Assembly: GCA_963719085.1 (NCBI GenBank)
Contig: CAVRAL010000004.1
Coordinates: forward strand, 32,001 to 96,000
DNA length: 64,000 nucleotides
Origin: a candidate division FCPU426 bacterium
Lineage (GTDB): Bacteria > Oederibacteriota > Muellerivitia > Muellerivitales > Muellerivitaceae
Direction of reading: 5' to 3'
How positions within the stretch are numbered: position 1 is the stretch's first letter; every line of letters begins with the position of its first letter. A program made the translations under genes and the position numbers. The notes below the pieces were generated by a model. It did not search any database. It was not told the DNA's origin and worked only from the letters and a program-made list of their open reading frames with translations. Below are positions 1-10,081 of this stretch, piece by piece.

Positions 1-1426
1 CATCCGGGAAAACCGAAAGATAACCGGTGGCCGACCGGATTCCCCACACCGCGTTGCTGTTGGGCGGCATGCCCAAAAACCGGTCCAAAATGGACTGTGA
101 AAAATCGGCCTTCGGATCCGAATCGGCCAAATCATTTCGATGCAAGCTGATCATTCGTCCCCCGCCGACCGCTTGCTTCACCATACCCGCGGCCTGGATC
201 ATCCGGGGGTCGCGATAAGGATCCTGGATGACATGAAGCGTTCGAAAGGGGATCACCAAGATTTCCAAAAACCAAACCGCTCCCAGGAGACCGGCCCAAA
301 TGGGGTACTTATTTTTCACCCTCAGCTTATCCAACCGGGGCTCCACCCAGCGCCCGATAAAAGTAAAGGCGCAGAAAATGAATAGAAAAGCCGACTTGGC
401 CGGATCCAGGGTTCCCAAAAGTTTCGAGGGCAAAAGTCCCCAAAGGAAAAAATTTCCACCCGCGGTCCATAAAAGACACAACAGGGCCGCGGCTTTCCAA
501 AACCCGTTCCCCTTCCCCCGGTCCAGATAAAATCCAACCGCCCAAAGCCCCAAGGGAACCAGGCCCAAATAAAAATTATTAAAAATATAATCGGGGTAAT
601 CCCCTTGGTAACCCAAGGTTCCGGGAACGCCTAAAATATCCGGCGAAAAAAGTGTGAGAAAATTTTTCCAATGGAGGCTATACACGCCGTCCGAAAGTCC
701 GGGACGGTCCAAGTGTGTCAGGAAATCCACGAAGGGCAGCCATTGGCAGGCTGTCACGCCCAAGGCCGTCAAAGCGGCGGCCCCATAGGCTCCCATCCTG
801 CCCCGGGCCGGTTTTAAAACTCCCAACAGCCACGCGCCCCAAAGCAAGGCCGCGTAAAAAGTGAAATAAACATAACCGGCTAAAAAATCCAAGCTCCAAA
901 AAAGGACGAGCCATAACCAGTAGCTCAAGGAAGCCGATCGCTCAAACCTGGTCGTCGCCCAAAAAATCCAAGGCACCCAAGCCGCCGTGGCCAAGTGCGT
1001 TGGAAAACCCCAATACTGAACCAGCAAGGACGATCCGGCGAAACCCAAAGCGCTTAAAGCGGCCAAGATGTCCCGGACTCCCGATTCCCTCATCCAAAAG
1101 TAAAATCCCAGGGCCGCCAATAGTCCTTGCAGCAAAGCGATCCGGAAAAACCAATCGGACAATCCGGTCCAATTCCAAATCCAAAACAACGGGTAAAAAA
1201 CCGCCGACTGAAGATTGGCCAAATGAGGGACCCCGCAGGCGATCCAGGGATTCCAAAGCGCGATTTGCCCCGCTTGAAAAGATTCCACATTCACCCATTT
1301 TTCAGGGAACGCGTACTCCAACGTGTCCATCATGGCCGGGAAATGACCGGTGAAACGAAAGGCCCAAAATAAGAGCGATAGCAAATAAGCCGCCGAGATG
1401 ATTTTTAAAAAGACCCTGCCGTTCAT
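1..1426 (-). CDS. YfhO-like GT-C membrane protein (partial; appears to run off the left edge)
   Basis: Not in the ORF track. ATG at 1426 overlaps the stop of the upstream gene (ATGA). Manual translation of the 5' part gives MNGRVFLKIISAAYLL...IALWNPWIACGVPHLANLQSAVFYP, the same LWNP-x4-G-x-P-x-LA...YP motif as the neighbouring YfhO-like gene. Confidence 0.75.
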   Translation of the reverse strand, partial: MNGRVFLKIISAAYLLSLLFWAFRFTGHFPAMMDTLEYAFPEKWVNVESFQAGQIALWNPWIACGVPHLANLQSAVFYPLFWIWNWTGLSDWFFRIALLQGLLAALGFYFWMRESGVRDILAALSALGFAGSSLLVQYWGFPTHLATAAWVPWIFWATTRFERSASLSYWLWLVLFWSLDFLAGYVYFTFYAALLWGAWLLGVLKPARGRMGAYGAAALTALGVTACQWLPFVDFLTHLDRPGLSDGVYSLHWKNFLTLFSPDILGVPGTLGYQGDYPDYIFNNFYLGLVPLGLWAVGFYLDRGKGNGFWKAAALLCLLWTAGGNFFLWGLLPSKLLGTLDPAKSAFLFIFCAFTFIGRWVEPRLDKLRVKNKYPIWAGLLGAVWFLEILVIPFRTLHVIQDPYRDPRMIQAAGMVKQAVGGGRMISLHRNDLADSDPKADFSQSILDRFLGMPPNSNAVWGIRSATGYLSVFPD

Positions 1427-3642
1427 ACCTGCCGCTCCCCAGCCCAGTGGGCCAGGCCAAGCGCCCCCCAAAAGGCGCAAACCAAGAGACAAACAAACAA
1501 ACCCAGTCGAAAAGTGGTCGGCTCATAAGCGATCTTCACGTGGTTTTCGGTATCCTTCAAATAAAGCCCCCGGAAAACATGATTGACGGTCTCCAAAGAC
1601 CGGGCTTGTCCTTCGACCTCGGCTTGCCAGCCGGGATAGGCGGTTTCGGACGAAACCAAAAGCGCCGGGCCCCGGCCATCGGCTTCCAGCTCCACCCGCT
1701 GGGGAGCACGGGTCATTTCACTCACGTGACGGACCTGATAATCGCCAGCCCGGACGGGGTTTTGCACAAAACAACTTTTTCCATAATCCCAAGCGCCCGC
1801 GGAAGCTCTTCGAAAGTCTTCTTCCAATGTCGAGGCCGCGAGGGCGCGTTGGACGCTGAACCATTTGGGAAGCGGGGTGGGATTTTCCGATATTTCTAAA
1901 GGTGAACCCGATCCTTGGAGGGGCTTGAAGTCGGCGAAGTGATTCGGCCCCAAAAGATAACGCGTGTCCAGATAATCCATCACGCGGCGGCTATGGGCCT
2001 TTGAAAACCGCAACGAAGTCCAAACCCAATTATCGGGCCCCGCCAGGTAAAGCGAATTGTAAATTTGGGCCTCTTCCCGATTAAAGGCCAAGGGCCAATC
2101 CGGATAAAGCGATTGCTTGGCGTCCTCATAGGCCTGGGCGATGGAGGCGCCCTTTAAAATTCCCGCCTGTTCCAAAACCGATGGTGAGTCAAAAAGCCTC
2201 CCCGGTTTTTCCATCGCCGATAAAGCCAGGGGGGGCGTGTCGTAATAGGAGCGGTTGAGCAGGACATTGACGCCGCTGGCTGCCTGCCCCAGGGAAACCA
2301 AAAGGCTTAAGAGCAGAAATGCCCAACGCCACCGGGGAGTGAACCAAGCGGGAATGGCGGCTAAAATCCCCAAACCGAAGGACAGGCCAAAACCCCAAAG
2401 GTTTAGGGGCGCCTTCAAGACCCAGCTTGCCCCATAGGTCAAAACCCAGGCGGCCATCCAGGCCCATAGGATGTGGGATTTTCTAAATTCCTTCCGAAAA
2501 AAATTATCCGAGGACTCCATAGCCAAGCGGGCCGCGAACAAAATCACGATCGGCAGCCAAAAGCCCGATCGAATCACCAAAGAATAACCCGGTAGCCATC
2601 CTTTTAAAAAAGAGCCTAAGGACAGGGTCTCCCCCAGGCTTAAGACCAAAAATAACCCGAATAGAACCCAGGAAGTCCGGAAAAAAGCTCTCTTCCAAAA
2701 CCCCCACACCAGAAGGGCGACAATGGGAAGTCCCATGAAATAAGTCGCGATCCAATATTCGGGCCCCTGGTAATCAGGCGAAAGCGGGTTCCCCTGAAAA
2801 AAGGGGGCGATCCAGGTGGCGAAATCGGCCCACCGCAGAGGATGGGCATGAACAGCGCCTTGGGCGTAATTGGAAAGCTTTTTGAATTCTAAAAACGGAA
2901 GGGCCCAAACCAAGTTATAAGCCGCCGCCATCACCGCCGAAAAACAAAAAACCGGAAACCATTTAAGTTTCGACCAGGAAAACCGTTTGGGCCAGGGCCA
3001 AAGGGTTTTCCATAAAAAGTGGGCCGTCAAAGCCAGCCCCGTCAGGTAACTTAAAACCTGGTATCCCGCCGCGACCTGCATGGCTAAAAAAAACGAAAGT
3101 CCCAGAATCGCCCCCGCATAATCTTCCCAAAGCCTTTGGGCCGCCCAAAAGACCCAGGGAACCCAGCTGATGGTCAAAAGCGCCACCGGGGTCCAAGAGG
3201 AACAAACCACATGCAGGGAAAAACCAAAAGCCAGGCTTCCCAAAAAGGAAGCGGGAGCCGAAAAACGCTCATGCCGGGCCAAAACCCAAAAACCCAGCAA
3301 AGCCCAAAAATGATGTAGCAAAATCAGCCCCGCGAAAGCGTCCGTAGGCTTTAAAACAGAATAAAGAAGAAAAACCGGCGGATAAGCCGCCGCCATCTGC
3401 GGGTCGGCTAAATAGGGGCATCCAAACTGGGCGTCCGGGTTCCATAAAGGAATGATGCCTTGGTGAAGGACCTGGCTTCCCCATTTCCAAAAAGGGTAAA
3501 AGAAACGGGAAGAATCAATAAAACCGAACAAGGCCCCGCCGCGCAAAACTTTCCAATCAAAAACCGCCACGAGTCCGGCGAAAACCAGCGGGATGGACCA
3601 GGCGGGGGCGTCTTCTTTAAATAAGGCTTTCATCTTGATCAA
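1423..3642 (-). CDS. YfhO-family multi-pass membrane glycosyltransferase (GT-C fold)
   Basis: 739 aa, many TM helices; N-terminal IPLWNP...GCPYLADPQ...YPP and C-terminal LLVSSETAYPGWQAEVEG...VFRG motifs typical of YfhO. Confidence 0.8.
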   Translation of the reverse strand: MIKMKALFKEDAPAWSIPLVFAGLVAVFDWKVLRGGALFGFIDSSRFFYPFWKWGSQVLHQGIIPLWNPDAQFGCPYLADPQMAAAYPPVFLLYSVLKPTDAFAGLILLHHFWALLGFWVLARHERFSAPASFLGSLAFGFSLHVVCSSWTPVALLTISWVPWVFWAAQRLWEDYAGAILGLSFFLAMQVAAGYQVLSYLTGLALTAHFLWKTLWPWPKRFSWSKLKWFPVFCFSAVMAAAYNLVWALPFLEFKKLSNYAQGAVHAHPLRWADFATWIAPFFQGNPLSPDYQGPEYWIATYFMGLPIVALLVWGFWKRAFFRTSWVLFGLFLVLSLGETLSLGSFLKGWLPGYSLVIRSGFWLPIVILFAARLAMESSDNFFRKEFRKSHILWAWMAAWVLTYGASWVLKAPLNLWGFGLSFGLGILAAIPAWFTPRWRWAFLLLSLLVSLGQAASGVNVLLNRSYYDTPPLALSAMEKPGRLFDSPSVLEQAGILKGASIAQAYEDAKQSLYPDWPLAFNREEAQIYNSLYLAGPDNWVWTSLRFSKAHSRRVMDYLDTRYLLGPNHFADFKPLQGSGSPLEISENPTPLPKWFSVQRALAASTLEEDFRRASAGAWDYGKSCFVQNPVRAGDYQVRHVSEMTRAPQRVELEADGRGPALLVSSETAYPGWQAEVEGQARSLETVNHVFRGLYLKDTENHVKIAYEPTTFRLGLFVCLLVCAFWGALGLAHWAGERQV

Positions 3643-6600
3643 GGAGCCGAAACCTCTTTTTGCAGGACTGGAACCGACCCCGGCGGAAGCGAGACCATTT
3701 GTTTTTCCAAGGGATCCATTCGGTCATCGTCTTTCCACCGGCCATAAATTTCGAGGGCTTTTTTAAAAGCCACCCGGGCCGCGGCCCGGGTGGCCGGGTT
3801 TTGCTTTTGACAATAGCCTAAATTCACCCAAGCGGAAGCGTAATTCGGCTCCAATTCGGCGGCTTTTTGAAAATCCATGGCCGCCCGCGTCGCCCAAACA
3901 GGCTGGTCGCTCCTTTTAGTCGACCGGCCCACTTGCTCGAAAAAAAGCCCCTCGTCGAAATAAACGAAAGCGTTGGTGGGCAAAGCTGCCCGGGCCAATC
4001 CCCACGCGGCCACGGCGCGGGAGAGCGAATCCTGGGTTTCATTTTTTTCGAAACGGGCCGAAAGACGCCGCGCGTTTTTTTCCGGCCATTGTCCATCCGA
4101 GCCTTCCAAATCCATCGCGCTATCAAAAGACTCGTCCGAACGATTTTCCCAGTTCTCGTCTCCCGTACTCAAATACAAGTTTTCCAAAAAATCAGCGCGG
4201 GCGCCTTGAATCCGGGCGTCCCACGCGTTTAAACGAACCGCCGCGTCCAAGCTTTCGAGCGCTTGGGGAAATTGCCCCCGGGCCTCAAAAGTCAGGGCTT
4301 GATCCATCAAGAAAGGCGCCCAGGCCGCCGCGCCAAAAAGTCCCAGCGCCAATCCCAAGGCCAGCAAGCCCGCGGGCCAGGAATAAGATACCTTTTGTTT
4401 TTGGCCGGGGGCCAAGAGCCCCGCGGCCTGAAGGACAATCAGGGGCGTGTGGAAACAAAAATCAAAAAGCGACGCCGTTCCCAAGGCCGTCAAGGCGGCG
4501 CCTTTCGCCGGCGAGGAATCCCGGGGCCAAAACCGCCGCAATAGGCATATCGCGAAAACAAAACCCGCCAGGCCAAATGCCGTCAACCATTCCAAAGGCT
4601 CGTTATGAACCGCCTGGGCGTCCATTTGATACCGGCTTATCCCGGAGTCCCTTGGCGCTTTGAAGCGTTGGTAATCCCCGTCAAAAGTCCCCGGACCCAC
4701 TCCCACAAGCGGGTCCTGCGCCCAAACCTTCACCGCCGAATTCCAAATCGAAAGACGATCCCACTGGGTGGCGCCTTGGTCCGATCCCGCGAAGCCGAAT
4801 GAACGGACAAGCAACGCTATCCCCATCAATAAAAGGCCGCCGGTCAAAATCCATCGGCGGTATTTGCGGGGCGCCGAATAAACGATTCCCGCCAAAAAAC
4901 CGATTATGGAGCTGAACGACTTTAAAAGCCAAAGCGTGGCTACTGAAAAAATAAAAACGAGCTTCGGCCACCTATCGGAAACGGGGTTTAAAATGGGTTT
5001 CCAGAACCCCTTCACTTTCGGGGGACTCTTCATCGACAGAAAAAGGAGCGGTAATAGAAAAATCTCAACCTGCTTGGGATTCGGGAAAATTTTCCAGTCC
5101 TTCATGTCCGGGGACTGAAAAGAGTAAACCCAAAGACCCAATGCCCAAACCAATCCCAACGCGCAAAATCTTTTCAAAAAAACCGCCGGGTCTTTCCGGG
5201 ATCCCAACACCAGGATAAAAACCAGAGCCAGCCCCGCCGTTTCCAAAAACCGGACCGCTCCCAGCGCCGAAGGAGACGTCAAGGCGCGCCCGAGAATAAA
5301 GAGCCCGCCGGCGAATATCCAAAGGGGGATCTTGTCGAGCCCACGCCGCTCAAAAGCGGCCGCGATCCAAAAAGCACCCGCCAAAAGGGCCCAATTCCAC
5401 GGCCTGAAAGGCGGCCAGAAGCCCGAAACCAAAAGTACGCCCAATAATCCCATTTCAATCCAAAATCCTGAAGGCTTGGGGACGGTAAAACTTTTGGCCG
5501 GCGCCAATTCCAAACGGCCCAACACTAAGGCGAAAATCCAAATCAACTCCGGCATTTGTAACGGAAGATCAAAAAACGAAAAAATAAAAAAGGCCAAAGC
5601 GCCGGCGACAATCCCCCAACCTTCCCACCGAGGCGGCGCCTTCAAGCGGCGCAAAATGGACACAAGCGCCCAAACGCCCAAGCTGAAACCCGCCAGGCCG
5701 TTTTCCACCAATACTTGAAGCGCCAGGTTATGGGCGAACCGCGCGCCCCGCGCCAGGGGCATCCCGGATTGTTGATAGGCCCCATCGAAGGTTCCCGTCC
5801 CCCATCCCCAAAAAGGATGGGCCATAAAAAGACTCCAAGCCGAGCGCCAAAGCGAAAGCCTCGCCGCGAACGCGCCGATCTCCCAATGGCCCCAGCCCCG
5901 GGCTGCCACGAGCCACAGAATCGCCGCCAGGCAGACACCGCCGGCGCCCGCGAGCCACCCCCAGGCCCTTCGGTAAAGTAAAATCAGCGCCGCGGCGAGA
6001 CCTAAGGAAAGACATGCCCCGACGCTTTTCGTGGCCAGCAGCCCGGCCAAAAGGAGGCCGGTTGAAAAAAAGAAAATAATTTTTTTGGACCCGGATTGAT
6101 TTTTCCATTGGATGAATCCCCAAGGAATAAAAAGGATTAAAAACGCCGCTAAGCCGCCGGAAGTGGCCAGGGGGCCGAAGGCGCGCCTTGATTTTTCCGC
6201 GTCGTAAAGGGCCCGCAGATCAAGACCCGACAGTTTCGGCGCCTCGGCGGCCCATTGGTCGTAACCGAAAACTATTTGATAAAGCCCCAGGCCGGCCGCC
6301 AACAGGGCCATGAAAAACCCCCACCCCTCCAAGCGGGCCTTGGACTGATCCGACGACTCCGAGGCCATCAAAAAAAGGGCTGTACCTAAAAACAGGAAGG
6401 CGGTGGATTGCCAGCTTAAACCCGGGCTCAGTGAGCCTGACGAAGCCAGTGTCAAATAAAGCAGAAAAAGAAACCAAGGAGCGCCCAACCGCGAAAGGCT
6501 TTGGGCCGGGATCGGGCGGAAAAGAAATAAAAAAAGACCGCCGCCTAAGGCCACCGCCGCCGAAAGCGGATGGGCTAAAACCGGATGGAAGAGCAGATAG

Positions 6601-6680
6601 ACAAAGAAGGACAAAGCGCCCGCTTCCCAAACAAAATCCCGGGAAAGGGGGCGGTTTAAAAACAGAACGTCAAAACTCAC
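3639..6680 (-). CDS. Protein with two O-antigen-ligase (Wzy_C)-like domains and C-terminal TPR repeats
   Basis: Two copies of R-x2-LW/IW...P-x2-G-x-G-x-GTF...(A/V)HN-x2-L-x2-L...GLAGF, followed by TPR-like helices. Likely start is the GTG at 6680 overlapping the aroQ stop, not 6926. Confidence 0.75.
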   Translation of the reverse strand: MSFDVLFLNRPLSRDFVWEAGALSFFVYLLFHPVLAHPLSAAVALGGGLFLFLFRPIPAQSLSRLGAPWFLFLLYLTLASSGSLSPGLSWQSTAFLFLGTALFLMASESSDQSKARLEGWGFFMALLAAGLGLYQIVFGYDQWAAEAPKLSGLDLRALYDAEKSRRAFGPLATSGGLAAFLILFIPWGFIQWKNQSGSKKIIFFFSTGLLLAGLLATKSVGACLSLGLAAALILLYRRAWGWLAGAGGVCLAAILWLVAARGWGHWEIGAFAARLSLWRSAWSLFMAHPFWGWGTGTFDGAYQQSGMPLARGARFAHNLALQVLVENGLAGFSLGVWALVSILRRLKAPPRWEGWGIVAGALAFFIFSFFDLPLQMPELIWIFALVLGRLELAPAKSFTVPKPSGFWIEMGLLGVLLVSGFWPPFRPWNWALLAGAFWIAAAFERRGLDKIPLWIFAGGLFILGRALTSPSALGAVRFLETAGLALVFILVLGSRKDPAVFLKRFCALGLVWALGLWVYSFQSPDMKDWKIFPNPKQVEIFLLPLLFLSMKSPPKVKGFWKPILNPVSDRWPKLVFIFSVATLWLLKSFSSIIGFLAGIVYSAPRKYRRWILTGGLLLMGIALLVRSFGFAGSDQGATQWDRLSIWNSAVKVWAQDPLVGVGPGTFDGDYQRFKAPRDSGISRYQMDAQAVHNEPLEWLTAFGLAGFVFAICLLRRFWPRDSSPAKGAALTALGTASLFDFCFHTPLIVLQAAGLLAPGQKQKVSYSWPAGLLALGLALGLFGAAAWAPFLMDQALTFEARGQFPQALESLDAAVRLNAWDARIQGARADFLENLYLSTGDENWENRSDESFDSAMDLEGSDGQWPEKNARRLSARFEKNETQDSLSRAVAAWGLARAALPTNAFVYFDEGLFFEQVGRSTKRSDQPVWATRAAMDFQKAAELEPNYASAWVNLGYCQKQNPATRAAARVAFKKALEIYGRWKDDDRMDPLEKQMVSLPPGSVPVLQKEVSAP

Positions 6681-7123
6681 TTTTTCTCGGTGGAAGGAAT
6701 AAGGCTCGCGGCCTGGAGCGCCAAGAGATAACTGTTCTTGCCAAACCCGGTTATCTGTCCCAGGGCGACCGGTGAGATATGGGACATTTGCCGAAACCCT
6801 TCCCGGGCGTGGATATTGGAAAGATGCACCTCGATGGCGGGCACCTTGACGGCCGCCAAGGCGTCCCGAATGGCCACCGACGTATGGGTGTAGGCCGCGG
6901 GATTGATGATCAAAACGTCCGCCCAATTGCGGGAATTTTGGATCACTTCCACGATTTCTCCCTCATGGTTCGATTGTACAATCTTGAGCTCCAGGTCGTT
7001 TTTAGCGGCAAATTCCGTCATTTCCCGGTTAATCTCATCCAAGGTCACAGCCCCGTAAACATTCGGTTCCCGCTCTCCCAAGAGGTTCAGATTAGGCCCG
7101 TGAATCACCAAAACTTTTCGCAT
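6677..7123 (-). CDS. aroQ: Type II 3-dehydroquinate dehydratase
   Basis: [27 protein letters not shown] and [11 protein letters not shown] motifs. Confidence 0.97.
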   Translation of the reverse strand: MRKVLVIHGPNLNLLGEREPNVYGAVTLDEINREMTEFAAKNDLELKIVQSNHEGEIVEVIQNSRNWADVLIINPAAYTHTSVAIRDALAAVKVPAIEVHLSNIHAREGFRQMSHISPVALGQITGFGKNSYLLALQAASLIPSTEKK

Positions 7124-7271
7124 GTCCTCTTCCTTAGCTTTATATCGAAAGTGGAAACCATGCTAATCACAAAGCCCAGTCACGCCAAGCAAAAAGGGAC
7201 GCCCCTCGGGCGATGGTGATATTTATTTTCGGCGGGCCGCGGGGCTCAAAAGCTATAATTTGCCCACATCC

Positions 7272-9386
7272 ATGGCCAAAACCATCCACAACCTTTCCGC
7301 CGGGGAATTTCTTTCCGGCCACTTCGCGCCAACCGCTTGGGCTTGCGCCGGTCTTTTGACTGTCGCCAATGTTCTTTTGTCTTATTTCCCCCTGACAATT
7401 CCGCAGGCGCTTTGGGTCATTCTTATCGGTCTTTTTTTACCTTTGGCCGCGCTTCTTTTCATTCCAGCCAAAAACATCCGCCCAGACTTAAAAAAGGAAC
7501 CCTTTCCCAAAATCCCATTCGGGCTTTGGGCCGCCGTCGCCGCGCTCGCCCTCTTCCTCAGGCTCTACCGGCTTGATTCTTTGTCTTCCTGGCCCACGGT
7601 CGACGAGGGGGTTTATTCTTATTTTTCAACCGAACTGGCCCGCCATTGGGATTGGCGCCTTTTAATCAGCACCAGTCAAGTTCCGGCCATCTACTGCTGG
7701 GGACAAGCCCTGCTTTTCAAATTTTTCTCACCCTCGCTCCTCACCCTTTGGCTTTATCCCGCGCTATGGTCTTTGGCCTGTCTGCCGATCGCCCTTGTCC
7801 TCAGCCGCAAAGCCTTTACCCCGCTCATTTCCTTTTTTGTCCTCGTTTTCATGGCGTCAGGGTTTTGGCCGCTTTATCTGGGCCGGCTTTCCATTCACGG
7901 CGGATTCTTTTTGGCGGTTGAGTTTTTGGTTTTTTGGAGCCTAACCCTTTACCTCAAAAGTCCTGCCCCTCAAAAAAACCAGCGGCTCGCCGTCTTGGCC
8001 TTGGTCACCGGCCTGGGCTTTTACACTTATCTGGCCTGGCCCTTGGTCGCGGCTTGGATCGGCTTGGTTCTTTTATGGGAGCCTTTGAAGAACCAAAAAC
8101 AAAAGTGGGTCAACTTTTTTATTTTCGTCATCGGAAACTGCGCCGCCCTATTTCCGCTCATCCTGACCTACCACCAGGAATACCGCGGCTATTTTCACCA
8201 TGTCTGGGTGGGTTCGAGCGGGAGCCTTTTGCTCAAGAACCTGCCTTTGGCTTTTTCTTATTTCCGAAATCTTTTTTGGGGATTGCCTTCCCCCACCCTT
8301 TCCATGGGCGGAGTCTGGGGCGGGCTTTTTAACCCCGTGGTCACCGGCCTTTTTTTCACGGGGTTTTCGGTCCTAATAAAAACCAAAACCCGGCCGAGCT
8401 TTCTTTGGGCCGCCGCCTTCGTTTTGTTTTCCCTTCCGGCGTTTTTAACCAGCAACTTGGAAATGACCCGGCTCACGCCCCTCATCCCCGTCATTTTTTG
8501 CACCGCGGCTTGGGGGCTTCAGTTTTTACTGGGCCTGGCGTCCCGTTCTTGGCGGCCCCTGCTTTTAGGCTTTGTTTTGTTGGCGTCTTTGGGGTTCGAT
8601 GGCGTCCATTTTCTGGGGGTCTATCCCGACCACTGGAAAAAGCATCCGGATTATTACGGGTCCTATAAATCCCCTGAATACGCTCGGGCCTACGCCTGGT
8701 TGAAAGCCCAACAAAAAGCTCAAGGCCCGGGATTGATCCTGCTCAATTTCGTGCCGGACCCTTACGACCAAACACTGGCCACGGCGGTGGCGGGATTCAA
8801 TAGCGCCGGGAATCTGAACTTAACTTCCCGTCCGACCTGGGCCGCGATTTTAGCGAATATCCACTCAATGCCCGCCTTGGCCGCCCGATTTCCTAAAAGC
8901 CGATGGATTTGGCTTTCGCAGGGACTCAACCGGCCGGATGGGGGCTTGTCGCTGGGCCTCATACCCCTAACGCCAATCGGTCAAAAAACCATCCAGAAAT
9001 GGACCGCCGCCGACCAGGCCTTGAATCCCTTGGTCGACCAGGTTTTGGAGCGGGGGGTGGACCCCGATCAAAGCGCCATGCTTCAGATTTTGAGAAACGC
9101 CGCTCCGTACTTTCAGGGCGATCCTTTGTTGGAATCCATCCTTTGGCGTTTACGCGCCATCCACGAAGCCGCCGCCGGCCAATATACGCGGGCCGTCGCC
9201 GACGAGACGACCGCCCTGCGGCTCGGCGGAGCCCAGGCCGAACTTTTCAATGAACGGGGCTGTCTGCGGATAAAAACCGGCGATATTCCCGGGGCCCGGC
9301 GGGATTTCAAGCTGGCGGTTCAGAGCCGGCCCGATTACACTGACGCGCTTGAAAACCTGCGGGCGCTACCGCCCCCAGGAAAATAA
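7272..9386 (+). CDS. GT39/ArnT-like GT-C membrane glycosyltransferase with C-terminal TPR
   Basis: FLRLYRL...VDEG motif after TM helices, multi-pass topology, TPR-like tail. ATG 7272 preferred; TTG 7260 is the alternative. Confidence 0.7.
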   Translation: MAKTIHNLSAGEFLSGHFAPTAWACAGLLTVANVLLSYFPLTIPQALWVILIGLFLPLAALLFIPAKNIRPDLKKEPFPKIPFGLWAAVAALALFLRLYRLDSLSSWPTVDEGVYSYFSTELARHWDWRLLISTSQVPAIYCWGQALLFKFFSPSLLTLWLYPALWSLACLPIALVLSRKAFTPLISFFVLVFMASGFWPLYLGRLSIHGGFFLAVEFLVFWSLTLYLKSPAPQKNQRLAVLALVTGLGFYTYLAWPLVAAWIGLVLLWEPLKNQKQKWVNFFIFVIGNCAALFPLILTYHQEYRGYFHHVWVGSSGSLLLKNLPLAFSYFRNLFWGLPSPTLSMGGVWGGLFNPVVTGLFFTGFSVLIKTKTRPSFLWAAAFVLFSLPAFLTSNLEMTRLTPLIPVIFCTAAWGLQFLLGLASRSWRPLLLGFVLLASLGFDGVHFLGVYPDHWKKHPDYYGSYKSPEYARAYAWLKAQQKAQGPGLILLNFVPDPYDQTLATAVAGFNSAGNLNLTSRPTWAAILANIHSMPALAARFPKSRWIWLSQGLNRPDGGLSLGLIPLTPIGQKTIQKWTAADQALNPLVDQVLERGVDPDQSAMLQILRNAAPYFQGDPLLESILWRLRAIHEAAAGQYTRAVADETTALRLGGAQAELFNERGCLRIKTGDIPGARRDFKLAVQSRPDYTDALENLRALPPPGK

Positions 9387-9400
9387 ACCACGGACTACCC

Positions 9401-10081
9401 ATGATCGAAGCGCTGGTATTTGATTTTGACGGCCTGATTCTCGACACCGAAATGCCCGATTACCAAGCCTGGCGGGAAACCTATCAAACCTATGGTTTGG
9501 AATTTCCGTTGGATCGATGGGCCTTACGGGTGGGAACCGTTTCTTCCTTGTTCGACCCCTATGAGCATTTGGAACAAAAGCTGGGACAAAAATTAAATCG
9601 GGCCGAGGTGCTTCAAAAACAACGGGCCCGTAATTTGGAACTGGTGGCTTTGGAAAAATTACGCCCGGGCGTGGAAGAATACCTGAACGAGGCCTACCGG
9701 ATGAAATTGCGGGTGGCGGTGGCCTCCAGTTCCACCCAAGACTGGGTCGTGGGGCATCTTTCGCGTCTGGAGATCGCGGATTATTTTCACTCCATCCGCA
9801 CCCGGGATGACGTGGACCGGGTCAAACCCTATCCGGATCTTTACGACGCGACGCTGGAAACGCTGGGGATCAAGCCCGACGAGGCCGTGGCGTTTGAGGA
9901 CTCCCCCAACGGCATCAAGGCGGCCAAAGCGGCCGGACTCTATTGTGTGGCGGTTCCCAACGAGTTGACGAAGCAATTGGATTTGGACTCAGCGGGCGCG
10001 GATTTAAGGATTGATTCGATGGCTGGAAAAAACTTGAGGCAATTGGTTCACGAGATCAATCAGAAACTCCGGGCCCTCTAG
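9401..10081 (+). CDS. HAD-family phosphatase (beta-phosphoglucomutase-like)
   Basis: FDFDGLILDTE, VASSS, KPYPDLY and FEDSPNG motifs I-IV. Confidence 0.92.
   Translation: MIEALVFDFDGLILDTEMPDYQAWRETYQTYGLEFPLDRWALRVGTVSSLFDPYEHLEQKLGQKLNRAEVLQKQRARNLELVALEKLRPGVEEYLNEAYRMKLRVAVASSSTQDWVVGHLSRLEIADYFHSIRTRDDVDRVKPYPDLYDATLETLGIKPDEAVAFEDSPNGIKAAKAAGLYCVAVPNELTKQLDLDSAGADLRIDSMAGKNLRQLVHEINQKLRAL

Noticed and set aside
6681..6926. N-terminal extension of the O-antigen-ligase ORF to 6926
   Set aside because: It overlaps aroQ in another frame; the GTG overlapping the aroQ stop is the more plausible start.
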